A DNA stretch of 64,000 nucleotides, from assembly GCA_963823555.1 (NCBI GenBank), contig CAWGMA010000001.1, positions 2,080,001 through 2,144,000 on the forward strand. Reading direction: 5' to 3'. A program made the translations under genes and the position numbers. The notes under the pieces are model-generated. The model worked only from the letters and a program-made list of their open reading frames with translations, was not told the DNA's origin and did not search any database. Source of the stretch: Candidatus Eiseniibacteriota bacterium (GTDB taxonomy: Bacteria > Eisenbacteria > RBG-16-71-46 > CAVPCR01). Below are positions 1 to 9,627 of this stretch, in pieces (within the stretch, counting starts at the first letter, position 1; each line of letters begins with the position of its first letter).

Positions 1-306
1 GAACACCGCATCATGCTGGGCGCGGGCGTAGTTCGTGCCATCACCAGGTCCGCGACCGGCGACGAAGAAGAGCCCGCCGGTCGGGTTGTCCACGATCCCG
101 TACGGGTTGCCCGTCAAGTAGGTGAACACCTGGAAGTCCACCCCGGACGGGAGGTACCAGCCCTGCTGCCCGGTGAGCGGGAAACCTTCCGGCGCTCCGG
201 CGTAGTTCTCGAAATCAGTGCAGAACTCGGCGCTTGCGTTCACCGCGAGCAAGCTCGACGCGATTGCGATCGCAATCCAGAACATTCCCCGTTGCAATGA
301 GGTCAT
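1..306 (-). CDS. Secreted hypothetical protein, N-terminal part (runs off window start)
   Basis: Read by hand, not in ORF track: ATG at 306 after AAGGAGG SD (314-320); MTSLQRGMFWIAIAIASSLLAVNASA-EFCTDFENY... has a Sec signal peptide; frame is open to position 1. Confidence 0.75.
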   Translation of the reverse strand, partial: MTSLQRGMFWIAIAIASSLLAVNASAEFCTDFENYAGAPEGFPLTGQQGWYLPSGVDFQVFTYLTGNPYGIVDNPTGGLFFVAGRGPGDGTNYARAQHDAVF

Positions 307-471
307 GCTGCTGCCTCCTTCTGGCGCGTGTATAGGGTCGGCCGAGCGCGGAAGCTCGGAGATTCGGAACCTCCCGGCCCATGAGGTCAAGGCCGGACAC
401 GCGGTTTCCTCCCCTGCCCATCCGTGGCTACGAACAGCGGGGGACCCACGAGCCCAACCTCTCCCCCTTTC

Positions 472-501
472 GTAATTGCCTACTGTAACATATGGTTACA
501 G
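472..501. promoter_or_regulatory. AT-rich element GTAA-N20-TTAC with an overlapping inverted repeat CTGTAAC-N5-GTTACAG (possible operator or IHF-like site)
   Basis: Perfect 7-bp arms at 483-489 and 495-501; intergenic, upstream of the 1-306 gene. Confidence 0.4.
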
Positions 502-529
502 ATTTGTCACGCCCTATCTCGATCCTCCC

Positions 530-2842
530 CTATCTCACCAGGACCATGCGCCGCGCCTCTCGCCGTCCGCCCTGATCCATCTCGTAGACATAGACTCCGC
601 TGGCGACCTGGCGGCCCCCTTCGTCCTGCCCGTCCCAAACCACCTCGTGGTCCCCAGATACCAGCTGATCGTCGATGAGACGGCGGATGCGCCGGCCATG
701 GAGATCCACGATGGTGAGCGTGACCGGGACCGGTGCGCTGCCGGCCACGGTGAAGCGAATGGTGGTCCGGGGATTGAAGGGGTTGGGCCGGTTCTGATCG
801 AGCAAGGCGAGCGGAGGTGCCGGTCGAGGGCTGGTCTGGGCCACGGCGATCGGCCCCGCATCCGGGGCGTTCACCACCGCGGCGAAGGTCTGCGGCCCCG
901 AGGGCACGAGGTGGCCCTCGACCTCGAGCCGCCAGCGACCGGGCAGGGGGTCCGTAACCTCCACCATCTCGCTCGGGTCGCGGCGGTTGATGCCGCGCTC
1001 GGCCGGAGCCGCTGGAAAGAGCCGATCCAGCACGAAGGGCCGGTGCACCTGCCCGTCCGGGTCGACCAGGCGAAGATCGAGATCGTTGACCAGGGCCGAG
1101 AGGGCGAGGGGTTCTCCCGGCGGATCGTCCCAGGCCAGGACGGCGCGGAGCGGCGCCTGCCCGGGAGGAACGTCGAAGCTACGGACCGCGAGCCCGCCAT
1201 GATCGATCGCGTCCTCGAGGATCAGACCGCCATCGACGAGGGCCACCGCGGCGCTCGCATCGACGAGCCCGTACCCGTAGGTATAGTCGGGGCCAGGATT
1301 CCCGAGATCCTCGGCCGAACAGGCGAGCAGCGCCTTCATCGCGGCCGGGAGCGTGATCACCCCGCGCTCGGATGAACGCATGCGCTCGAGGACGAGGGCC
1401 GCCACTCCGGCTGCCGCCGGTGTGGCCATCGATGTTCCGCAGTAGACCGTGTATCCGCTGCACGAACGCGTCGACGTGATGCCGCGGTCCCCGCCCCGCT
1501 GGCAGCCCGGAGCGACGAGGTCCGGCCGCATCCGACCGTCGTCCACGGGGCCCAGGCTCGAGAAGCTGGACACTTCCCCGGTGTCCGAGTCGATCGCGCC
1601 GACGACGATCGCGTTCTTGGCGGCGGCCGGAACACCGATCGTGTAGAAGTCCGCACCGCACAGCGCCTCTCCCGAACGTTCGTTGCCAGCCGCCCAGAAG
1701 GAGAGGAACGGGCGGCCCAGAGCCCCGGCGGCGATGGCATCGATGAGCCGTGCGGTGTTCTCGTAGTCTCCGAGATAGTCGCAGTCATAGCCGTTCGCAG
1801 CGACGTTGGCGCCGATCGAGTTGGAAGCCAGATCGGCGCCGTGCAGGAGAATCGCCTCGCCATAGTTGTCGGCGAGATCCTGTGGATTGTTGTAGAGGCA
1901 GATCGGGGAGCAGGATTCGTACGCGTAGGAGATGATGCCGGCACCCGGAGCGACCCCGCGGTAGAGCCCACTCGACGCTGCACCACGACCGGCCAGGGTC
2001 CCCGCAACATGGGTGGCGTGAGTGGCCTGCAACCCATCCTCGCCCACGGTCACGCGAGGAGAGAGGTCGGGTTGCGTGGGACAGACCATGCCACCGTCGT
2101 AGACGAGGACCTCGACCCCGCTGCCATCGAGGCCGAACGGCGGAGCCTGGACGGAATCGGCGTGGAGCACGCGTCGGACCTCGTCGTTGAGATCCCGGAA
2201 CCCGGGGGATACAGGTTCGATCCACTTGACGGCTGCGAGCGCGGCGAGACGGGCGACGTCTTGGGGCGAGACGGCAACGATGAGCGCGTTGAGATGTCGG
2301 ATCTCCCCGCGTACCTCGGCGCCTGCAGCCGCGACCTGGACCGCTCCATCGGCGAGCGTGATATCACCATGGAACTCGACGACGACGGCCGCCTGTCCCC
2401 CACCGAGACGCGCGGGAACCGGCGGCAAACGACCGGGCGCCAGGGCGCCGGCCACCTTGTCATCCGCCGACAGCACGCCGAGCCAGGTCACGCCGAGCGC
2501 GCTGAGCGTGCTCACATCAGCACCAGGACGCAGCTGCGCCACGAAGGCATTCTCCGGCACGTAACCGGCGAGCACGAGGCCATGCCGAGCGAGCTCGTTG
2601 CGCCGAGTTCGGTCAGGCACCGCATCGAGCTGCACCAGGACGCGCAGGCCACCGGGGCCGTGCCTTCCGGCTTCTTCCACGGCCCGGACCATGAGCGCGC
2701 GATCGCTCGCCGCATCGGACCCGGGCTGGATGGTACGCGCACGGAGGTGGATGGCCGGCGCGGCCGATCCGGACACCCGAAAGCCGAACAGGCCGACGGC
2801 AGCGGCAACGAACGTGACCACGACGCTCTGGTTCCTTCTCAC
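530..2842 (-). CDS. Secreted S8 (subtilisin-family) serine peptidase with C-terminal FlgD Ig-like domain
   Basis: VLVYDGG (Asp), HATHVAG (His), AAGN, GTSMATP (Ser); signal peptide; tail LDQNRPNPFNPRTTIRF...WDGQDEGGRQVASGVY; GAGGAG SD. Confidence 0.92.
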   Translation of the reverse strand: MRRNQSVVVTFVAAAVGLFGFRVSGSAAPAIHLRARTIQPGSDAASDRALMVRAVEEAGRHGPGGLRVLVQLDAVPDRTRRNELARHGLVLAGYVPENAFVAQLRPGADVSTLSALGVTWLGVLSADDKVAGALAPGRLPPVPARLGGGQAAVVVEFHGDITLADGAVQVAAAGAEVRGEIRHLNALIVAVSPQDVARLAALAAVKWIEPVSPGFRDLNDEVRRVLHADSVQAPPFGLDGSGVEVLVYDGGMVCPTQPDLSPRVTVGEDGLQATHATHVAGTLAGRGAASSGLYRGVAPGAGIISYAYESCSPICLYNNPQDLADNYGEAILLHGADLASNSIGANVAANGYDCDYLGDYENTARLIDAIAAGALGRPFLSFWAAGNERSGEALCGADFYTIGVPAAAKNAIVVGAIDSDTGEVSSFSSLGPVDDGRMRPDLVAPGCQRGGDRGITSTRSCSGYTVYCGTSMATPAAAGVAALVLERMRSSERGVITLPAAMKALLACSAEDLGNPGPDYTYGYGLVDASAAVALVDGGLILEDAIDHGGLAVRSFDVPPGQAPLRAVLAWDDPPGEPLALSALVNDLDLRLVDPDGQVHRPFVLDRLFPAAPAERGINRRDPSEMVEVTDPLPGRWRLEVEGHLVPSGPQTFAAVVNAPDAGPIAVAQTSPRPAPPLALLDQNRPNPFNPRTTIRFTVAGSAPVPVTLTIVDLHGRRIRRLIDDQLVSGDHEVVWDGQDEGGRQVASGVYVYEMDQGGRREARRMVLVR

Positions 2843-3084
2843 CAGCGCTCCTCATCTCTGGGGTGAATGCCCCGGCCCGGGCGCGAGCGGGCCCAGATCC
2901 GTCCGCCGGCGTGGAGGCCGAAAGCCCGGCTGAACCCGAAGCCTCTCAAGCACCTATGGCTGGAGGAACCGGCCTCGGGCGACCCGTGCCGGCATCACGA
3001 ACGACGGGGCGAGAAGGATGAGGAGCAACTCCGCGGCCAGGGGAAGAGAGCCCCGCCGGCGGGCGGAAACCCGGCTATCAAGGC

Positions 3085-3112
3085 AAAAGGGGCTTCCCGG
3101 AGGAAGCCCCTT
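3085..3112 (-). terminator. Intrinsic terminator
   Basis: Stem AGGGGCTTCC / GGAAGCCCCT with 4-nt loop and a T tract on the minus strand, just after the 3140 stop. Confidence 0.7.
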
Positions 3113-3139
3113 GCATCGGTCAGATGGACCTGGCGGCCG

Positions 3140-3832
3140 TCACTCGCTGCGGAAGACAGCCTTCAAGCTGCCCCAGGTCGTCGGCTCGACGGCGGTCGCG
3201 CCCTCGAGCGTGAACTGGGTGACGTAACCGTCATCGCCGTTCGAGGAGCCGGAGGTGGCGTTGGGATTGCCGAGCGCCCACAGCCGGTCGGTGTAGGGCG
3301 TCCCGCCCTGGCCGAGGCCGGTGCCGGCCGAATCGAACTGGGTGGTCGAAGCCGGGCCGAAGACCTTGATCTCGATCAGCAGGTTCTGCGCGCCGTTGTA
3401 CACGAACGCATCCTGGATATCGAGCACGATGTCGAACCCGGAGCCCGAGCTCGAGAGGTTGAGGAATCCATCGAACACGAGCGTCACGTCGGAACCGAGG
3501 TTGTCGGCGAAGTTGAGGCTCATGTTGTTCGGACCCGCTGTCGTGTGGCAGAGGCGGATCTCGGTGTCGATGGCATTCGAGACGAACGGACCCCCGGCGC
3601 TCTCGTCGACACGGTACGCGACCTGGGTCACGACGCCCGTCAGTCCCTGGAACTGGTCCGCGGCGTACACCTGCTGGTAACGCATCGTCCCCTCGTTGAA
3701 GGGGAAAGCCTGGTTGGATGGACCCGGCTGATTCTCGTTGATGTTGGGAATCACGACGGTAGAGGCGATCGCGGGCAAGGACAGGAACATGGCCGCGATG
3801 ACGAGGACGGTGATGCGCGCACTATTGGACAT
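3140..3832 (-). CDS. Secreted hypothetical protein with C-terminal AVEPTTWGSLKA motif
   Basis: Start moved to ATG 3832 (GGGAGG SD; signal peptide MSNSARITVLVIAAMFLSLPAIA); beta-rich mature region. Confidence 0.85.
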   Translation of the reverse strand: MSNSARITVLVIAAMFLSLPAIASTVVIPNINENQPGPSNQAFPFNEGTMRYQQVYAADQFQGLTGVVTQVAYRVDESAGGPFVSNAIDTEIRLCHTTAGPNNMSLNFADNLGSDVTLVFDGFLNLSSSGSGFDIVLDIQDAFVYNGAQNLLIEIKVFGPASTTQFDSAGTGLGQGGTPYTDRLWALGNPNATSGSSNGDDGYVTQFTLEGATAVEPTTWGSLKAVFRSE

Positions 3833-4016
3833 GGGGGCCTCCCTGGCTATCGATGCGACCCCGCTGCGATGGAGCGAAGCCGCTGGTGGATTCCTTCCTC
3901 GGAGGTGCGGGGGGCGGGCCGGGCCCGTCAACGGGCGTGGGCCCGCGATCCGCAGATCAGACTAACAGCGGTTTATACCACATCTTACGGTGCTTCTCAA
4001 GCCGTTTCCCACCCCG

Positions 4017-5543
4017 TCAGGCGAGCGACTCCAGGTATCGCGAGAGGATCCGCACGCCGAACCCGGCGGCTCCTGTCTTCAGGTAGTCGCGATCCTTCTC
4101 CACCCACGCGGTGCCGGCGATATCGAGATGCGCCCAGGACCGATCGCCGGCGAAGGGCTTGAGGAAGGCCGCCGCGGTGAGCGCTCCGGCTCCCGCTCGC
4201 CCGCCCGTGTTCTTGAGATCAGCCACCTCGCTCTGGATATCGTCGGTGTACTCGTCGAATAGCGGAAGCGGCCAGGCGCGCTCGCCGCTCATGTCTCCCG
4301 CCGCGCGCAGCGCATCGATGAGCGTAGGATCGTTTCCGGTAAGACCGCAAGCCACCGTTCCGAGCGCGATGCGACAGGCGCCGGTCAGAGTGGCGATATC
4401 GACGATGGCATCGGGTTCGAGTCCGGCGGCGAAGGCGATGCCGTCGGCCAGAATCAACCGGCCTTCGGCGTCGGTGTTCACCACTTCCACCGACTTGCCG
4501 GCGAAGGTGAGGAGAATATCGCCGGGCTTGATGGCCGTCCCGCTCGGCATGTTCTCGACGGTGGGGATGACCCCCGTGACCTGGAATGGAAGGTCGAGGA
4601 TCGATGCGGCCCGGAGCGTACCGAGTACGGCCGCTGCCCCCGACATGTCGTACTTCATCCGTTCCATGTCCTCGCGTGGCTTGAGACTGATGCCGCCCGT
4701 GTCGAAGGTCACACCCTTGCCGACGAGGGCCACGTGCCGGCGGCGCCCGCCGGAGGCGCGCCGCTCACCGCGGGGACGATGCTGCAGCACGATGAAACGT
4801 GGCGGCTCCGTCGAGCCTTGCGCCACACCGAGGACCCCACCCATCCTGCGCTCGCGGATCCACTTCTCATCGAAGACGGAGACCTTGAGTCGCGTGTCGC
4901 TGCCGACACGGACGGCCTCGTCGGCGAGCTTCCGCGGGGGAAGCTGGTTGCCCGGGAGTTCCGCCAGACGGCGCGCCAGATTGGTGCTCTCGGCCACGGT
5001 CGCGGCTCGAGCCACCGCCGCGCTCAGCTCGGGCGGCACGGCCCGCGCCCCGGGGTGGAGGAGCCGCACGTCGGCGAGCCTCCCCTTGCCGTTCGCCGCC
5101 ATGGCCTTCTCGCCGAAGGCGGGCGTGCGGTAGACGGCAAGGACCGCAGCTTCCGCCACGGCCCGCGCCTGATCGGGATCGCTGCGCCGGGAAGCGCCGA
5201 GATGAAGGAGGAAGGTCGCCTCGCGGGCCCGGCCCTCGTCGAGCCAGCGCACGACGCGTCCAGTGGCGCGGCGAAGCCTCTCCAGATCGAGGCCCTCCGG
5301 CTTGCCGAGACCAACCAGCACGACGCGCTCGGCGCGGATCCGCCCTCGGCCATCGATCACGGTGACCTCACCGAGCTTGCCACGGACATCTCCGGCCTTG
5401 AGCCGCGCGGCGATGGCACCATCGAGAAGCCCATTCACCGCCACCGTCCAGGGCGGCTGACCTTCGCTCTGTTCGAGAACACCGAGCACCAAGGCCTCGG
5501 TATCGACATGCCCGGGCTCCCCACTCCTGATCTCGATATTCAT
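4017..5543 (-). CDS. pepA: Leucyl aminopeptidase (M17)
   Basis: VGKGVTFDTGG, MKYDMSG, NTDAEGRL, HLDIAG; start set at MNIEIRSG. Confidence 0.95.
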   Translation of the reverse strand: MNIEIRSGEPGHVDTEALVLGVLEQSEGQPPWTVAVNGLLDGAIAARLKAGDVRGKLGEVTVIDGRGRIRAERVVLVGLGKPEGLDLERLRRATGRVVRWLDEGRAREATFLLHLGASRRSDPDQARAVAEAAVLAVYRTPAFGEKAMAANGKGRLADVRLLHPGARAVPPELSAAVARAATVAESTNLARRLAELPGNQLPPRKLADEAVRVGSDTRLKVSVFDEKWIRERRMGGVLGVAQGSTEPPRFIVLQHRPRGERRASGGRRRHVALVGKGVTFDTGGISLKPREDMERMKYDMSGAAAVLGTLRAASILDLPFQVTGVIPTVENMPSGTAIKPGDILLTFAGKSVEVVNTDAEGRLILADGIAFAAGLEPDAIVDIATLTGACRIALGTVACGLTGNDPTLIDALRAAGDMSGERAWPLPLFDEYTDDIQSEVADLKNTGGRAGAGALTAAAFLKPFAGDRSWAHLDIAGTAWVEKDRDYLKTGAAGFGVRILSRYLESLA

Positions 5544-5610
5544 GATTCCCCCTTGCTCACCGCCGGCCGGACTATCTCTTGGAGACCTGTGGCAACGCTC
5601 GTGACAGCGA

Positions 5611-5952
5611 TCATTCGGGCTCATGCTCGTCGGTGAACAGACGGCCGAAGATCGTGCTGACATCGGCATCCGTACCGAGCGACTCGAGGTGCGTGGACAA
5701 GCGTCGGCGAATCTCGCCCGTGCGCTCGAGAACTTCTCGCTCCTCGAGCACGCCGCGTTCACAGAGGATTCCGATCATCGCCAGGTTGAAAGCCATACAG
5801 CTCGCCATCCATCGCATGAACGAACGCTGGTCATCGGCCTGGCGGGTCATGATCGAGTCGAATTCGGACCCCATCACCTCGCTGACGACGCGCCCGAGCT
5901 TGTCGACCTCCTCGCGGAGCTTCTGTACTTCGGATTGAGGCTCTTGTGCCAT
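5611..5952 (-). CDS. Small helical hypothetical protein upstream of pepA
   Basis: Protein-like composition (EVQKLREEVDKLGRVVSEV...); same strand as pepA; start 5952 or 5964. Confidence 0.65.
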   Translation of the reverse strand: MAQEPQSEVQKLREEVDKLGRVVSEVMGSEFDSIMTRQADDQRSFMRWMASCMAFNLAMIGILCERGVLEEREVLERTGEIRRRLSTHLESLGTDADVSTIFGRLFTDEHEPE

Positions 5953-6218
5953 GCTCTGCCTCATCGCAAGAGCCTGCCGGCTCCCGCATCATGCGTGACC
6001 CACCACAACGGCATCGCCTGCGTCGCGCAAGGAAATGACCCTTGGCGACATTCTGGCCGCCATGGAGAATCAAGTCAAGCGACGCGCCGGGCCCGGTCTG
6101 CAGCCCTGACCGGCACCCTCGAGCATACCGGCGCTCCGATCATTTGCCTGGCCGAACGGCGGGCGCCACCGCTAACATGATGACTCAGCGCAGCGGAGCG
6201 CGGCGGAAGGAGTTCCAA

Positions 6219-7838
6219 GTGACGGCAACCGGTCTCTCCAATCTGGAATCACTCGACGGCAACAAGTGCGTGCTCCTGTCAGCCCCGCGCGTGCTTGCCG
6301 AGAGTGGAACGACAGACGCCGTGCTCCTGGCCGGCGAACGGATCCAGGCGATCGGCCACGAGGCACGGCAGGCCGCTGCCGATGCCCCGCGGCACACATG
6401 TCGCGAGATCTCGCTCCCGGGTCTCGTCGTCGCTCCGGGGTTCATCGATGCTCACACTCATCTCGTGCATCAGGGTTTTGGTCTGGCCCGCCCCGAGCTC
6501 GGTGACCTCAGCTCTTCGGCCGACGTCCTCGCCCGGGTGGCCGCCGCGCTGGAACGACATGATCCGGATCGCGCCCTGATCGGCGAGCACTGGGATGACG
6601 GCGCGTGGATGCCTGGGGATCGCCTCACTCGAGAGGCCCTCGACCGTCTGGCACCGCGCACTCCCGTGATCCTGCGTCGTGTGTGCGGTCACAAGGCCAT
6701 CGCCAACAGCGTTGCCCTCGACCGTCTGGCAGCGGATCCCAGGGGCGCCCGGTACGCCACGCAGGGGTTCGTCGAGGCGACGACCGGCGAGATTCTCGAA
6801 GATGCCGCCATGCGTCTCGCCGAGCTGTTCCCGCCAGGTGCGGATGAAGTGGCGCAAGCCCTGGAGCTCGCCCTGGCGCATGCCGCCCGCCTGGGCGTGA
6901 CTTCAGCCCACGATATCGTCAACCGGCACGCCCTGCGCGCGCAGATGGCCGCTCGCGCCCGGGGAGCGCTCACCCTCCGCATCACAGCCTATGTCCCCCT
7001 GGACCATCTCCCCGCCCTCGAGATGCTCGGGATCATGAGCGGGCTCGGTGATCAGTTCTTCCGCCTCGGCGGCGTCAAGCTCTTTCTGGACGGCTCGATG
7101 GGCGCGCGCACGGCTGCGCTCCGGAATCACTATGCCGACCGCCCCGATACGTGCGGCACCCTCCTCATCGACGAGGAAACCCTCACCCCGCTCCTCCGTC
7201 GCCTGGACGCTCTGGGCATGACGGCCGCAATGCACGCCATCGGAGACCGCGCCATCGCCGCCGCGCTGGCCGCGCTCGAAGACCTGGGCTCCGAGCAGGT
7301 ACGTGCGCGCGGCCATCGGCTCGAACATCTCGAACTCCTTCCCGACGACCTTCTCGCGCGCATGGCGCGCTCGGGTGCGATCGCGTCGATGCAGCCCAAC
7401 TTCGTCGCCCGCTGGGCGGGGTCGGGCGGCATGTACGAGCGCGCGGTGGGCCCCGCGCGCCTGGCCGCCATGAATCGGTTCCGGAGCCTCCTCCAGCGCG
7501 GGGTGCCCCTCGCCTTCGGCTCGGACTCGATGCCGATGGGGCCCTTCCTCGGCCTCGCCGGCGCGGTGAACCATCCGATCGCAGCCGAGCGACTTTCCCC
7601 CGTGGACGCCCTTCTCGCCTACACGCGTGGCGGAACGTGTGCGGCGAGGCAAGATCAAGTAACCGGCGTTATCGCCGCCGGTCGGCTCGCTGATCTCGTT
7701 GTCATTCAGGGTGACCCATTGGATGGCGGCCGCCTCGAGAATTGCCGCGTCGCGGCCACGATCGTTGGCGGACGCACCGTCTTCGCCGACCACGCGCTCC
7801 TGGCCACAACCCAGGCCGGCGCCGCGATCGCCCCATGA
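6219..7838 (+). CDS. Metal-dependent amidohydrolase (Amidohydro_3 / YtcJ-like)
   Basis: PGFIDAHTH, KLFLDGS, HAIGD, RLEHLE, SMQPNF, FGSD, GRLADLVV; GTG 6219 follows AAGGAG (ATG 6177 also possible). Confidence 0.9.
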   Translation: MTATGLSNLESLDGNKCVLLSAPRVLAESGTTDAVLLAGERIQAIGHEARQAAADAPRHTCREISLPGLVVAPGFIDAHTHLVHQGFGLARPELGDLSSSADVLARVAAALERHDPDRALIGEHWDDGAWMPGDRLTREALDRLAPRTPVILRRVCGHKAIANSVALDRLAADPRGARYATQGFVEATTGEILEDAAMRLAELFPPGADEVAQALELALAHAARLGVTSAHDIVNRHALRAQMAARARGALTLRITAYVPLDHLPALEMLGIMSGLGDQFFRLGGVKLFLDGSMGARTAALRNHYADRPDTCGTLLIDEETLTPLLRRLDALGMTAAMHAIGDRAIAAALAALEDLGSEQVRARGHRLEHLELLPDDLLARMARSGAIASMQPNFVARWAGSGGMYERAVGPARLAAMNRFRSLLQRGVPLAFGSDSMPMGPFLGLAGAVNHPIAAERLSPVDALLAYTRGGTCAARQDQVTGVIAAGRLADLVVIQGDPLDGGRLENCRVAATIVGGRTVFADHALLATTQAGAAIAP

Positions 7839-8080
7839 ATCCGGCCGCAGAGGAACGTGCGGCCGTCGAGCTTCGCCTGGCAGCCGAGCGCATCTGCACC
7901 CTCATCCTGACCGCCGACTATCCCGAGATCGACATCGAGATCGAGAAGGCGAATCTCAAACGGCGCGTGCGGGCGCTCTTCCCCGACAAGGTCGGGCTCT
8001 ACGAGATGATCTACGAAAGCCGGTTTCGCCGACTGTGGGAGCAGTGGCGGGAGCCGCGGCGAGCCCCTGAGCGCGACTAG
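7835..8080 (+). CDS. Small hypothetical protein (81 aa)
   Basis: ATGA overlap with the amidohydrolase stop; globular-looking sequence (ERICTLIL...DYPEIDIEIE...LYEMIYESRFRRLWEQWR). Confidence 0.75.
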   Translation: MNPAAEERAAVELRLAAERICTLILTADYPEIDIEIEKANLKRRVRALFPDKVGLYEMIYESRFRRLWEQWREPRRAPERD

Positions 8081-9627
8081 GCTGCCGGACGCAATGGACC
8101 GCCCGGGGGCTTCTGCTCGAGATCCTTGGCGCCTGCTCGCTTCACACCGCCACCCATCTTGCCGGCTTCCTTCTCGCTGTACACAGGCAGGCGGATGAAC
8201 ATCTCGGCGCCTCCCGCGGCGTTGCCGGTCGCCACGATCGTGCCACCATGGTTGTGGACGATCCGGTAACAGACCGCGAGGCCGAACCCGTGACCGTTCG
8301 GCTTGGTGGTGAACCACGGTTCGAAGATGCGGTCGCGGATCGCGGGCGGGACACCAGGGCCGCCGTCGCGAACGCGAATCTCGATCCAGCCGCTGCGCGT
8401 CCGGGTCTCGACGCCGATCCAGCGCCCTGGAACCTCGGCCTCCGCCATCGCCTCGGCGGCGTTCTGGAACAGGTTGACGAGGACCTGATTGAACTGTGCG
8501 GCGTCGACATTCGCCTCGGGCTCGCCCGGGTCGAGATCGATGAGCCACTCGACGCCGTCGAAGCGGTTCTGCGGGCTCACGAATTCGACCATACGGCGCA
8601 CCAGCTCGTTCACCTGTTCCCGGCGGCGCTGGGCATCGCGATGCGAGAAGTCCATGAGCCCCTTGGTCAGGCGCGTCATGTCGGCTGCGCGCTCGAAGAT
8701 GATACGCGCGGCGCGCTTGGCGCGCTCGCCGTGCACCCCCTCCTGGTCCGTGAGGAGCATCTGGGCCCGGGCATTGATCACCTGCAGCACATTCGACAGC
8801 TCGTGCCCGATCTCGGCAGCCATCTCCCCCATGGCAGCCATGCGCTCGTTCCAGACCAGATGATCCTGCGCTGCCTTGAGCTCGATGTACCGCGCCGCCG
8901 CGTTGCGCACGAGGAGCATGGGTACGAAGAGAAGGAGCAGGCCAAGCGGTCCAACCGCCAGGTAGGAGAGCACCATGAGCGGCGACAGCAGGAAGAGAGC
9001 AAGGCTCGTCAGGAGATCATCGAAGTATCCGTAGTTCTGACGCCAGACGCGGAGCACGGGCTGGCCGTCCCAGAGCGCGACCACCGCCGCCACCAGGCCG
9101 GTATTGACCGCGAAGTAGACCGCTCCCGCGCTCACGAAGGGCACGAGCGAAGCCGGGCTGCGAAAGTCGATGAGGTGCGCCGGTCCCCCTCCCGCCAGGA
9201 CCTCGACCCAGCCCGCCGCGGCGATGGTGATCATCATCTGGGCCAGATTGAACAGACCGCGGAGGGGAGGGCGCCGCTGGATGGCGATCGTGGCGATGGC
9301 GGCAGCGACCGCCACCACCCATACCGCCTGATCCGGTCCGAGGATGAACAACGCCGCGTAGTTCATGGTCGAGGCCATGCTCGAAGTGGCTCGACCCGTC
9401 ACGGTCGGCAACCACAGCATCTCGGCGAGCACTGTGGCCACGAGCCAGATGAGAAGGGTCTCGACCCCCACCGGGGCCAGGACGACCGCACGGTGGCCCA
9501 AGGCGATCAAGGCCGCGACGAGAAAGACAGCGGCAATGAAGCCCTTCGCCACGCGCCGGGAGGGGGGGGGCGGTTCGGAGGGCGGCCAGGCCTGCGGGGC
9601 GCCCTGCGCCGTCCGCTCGTCGGTCAT
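8077..9627 (-). CDS. Membrane sensor histidine kinase
   Basis: Several N-terminal TM helices; H box EIGHELSN, N box NLFQNAAEA, G1 DGGPG, F box IFEPWFTTK, G2 GHGFGL. Confidence 0.92.
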   Translation of the reverse strand: MTDERTAQGAPQAWPPSEPPPPSRRVAKGFIAAVFLVAALIALGHRAVVLAPVGVETLLIWLVATVLAEMLWLPTVTGRATSSMASTMNYAALFILGPDQAVWVVAVAAAIATIAIQRRPPLRGLFNLAQMMITIAAAGWVEVLAGGGPAHLIDFRSPASLVPFVSAGAVYFAVNTGLVAAVVALWDGQPVLRVWRQNYGYFDDLLTSLALFLLSPLMVLSYLAVGPLGLLLLFVPMLLVRNAAARYIELKAAQDHLVWNERMAAMGEMAAEIGHELSNVLQVINARAQMLLTDQEGVHGERAKRAARIIFERAADMTRLTKGLMDFSHRDAQRRREQVNELVRRMVEFVSPQNRFDGVEWLIDLDPGEPEANVDAAQFNQVLVNLFQNAAEAMAEAEVPGRWIGVETRTRSGWIEIRVRDGGPGVPPAIRDRIFEPWFTTKPNGHGFGLAVCYRIVHNHGGTIVATGNAAGGAEMFIRLPVYSEKEAGKMGGGVKRAGAKDLEQKPPGGPLRPAA

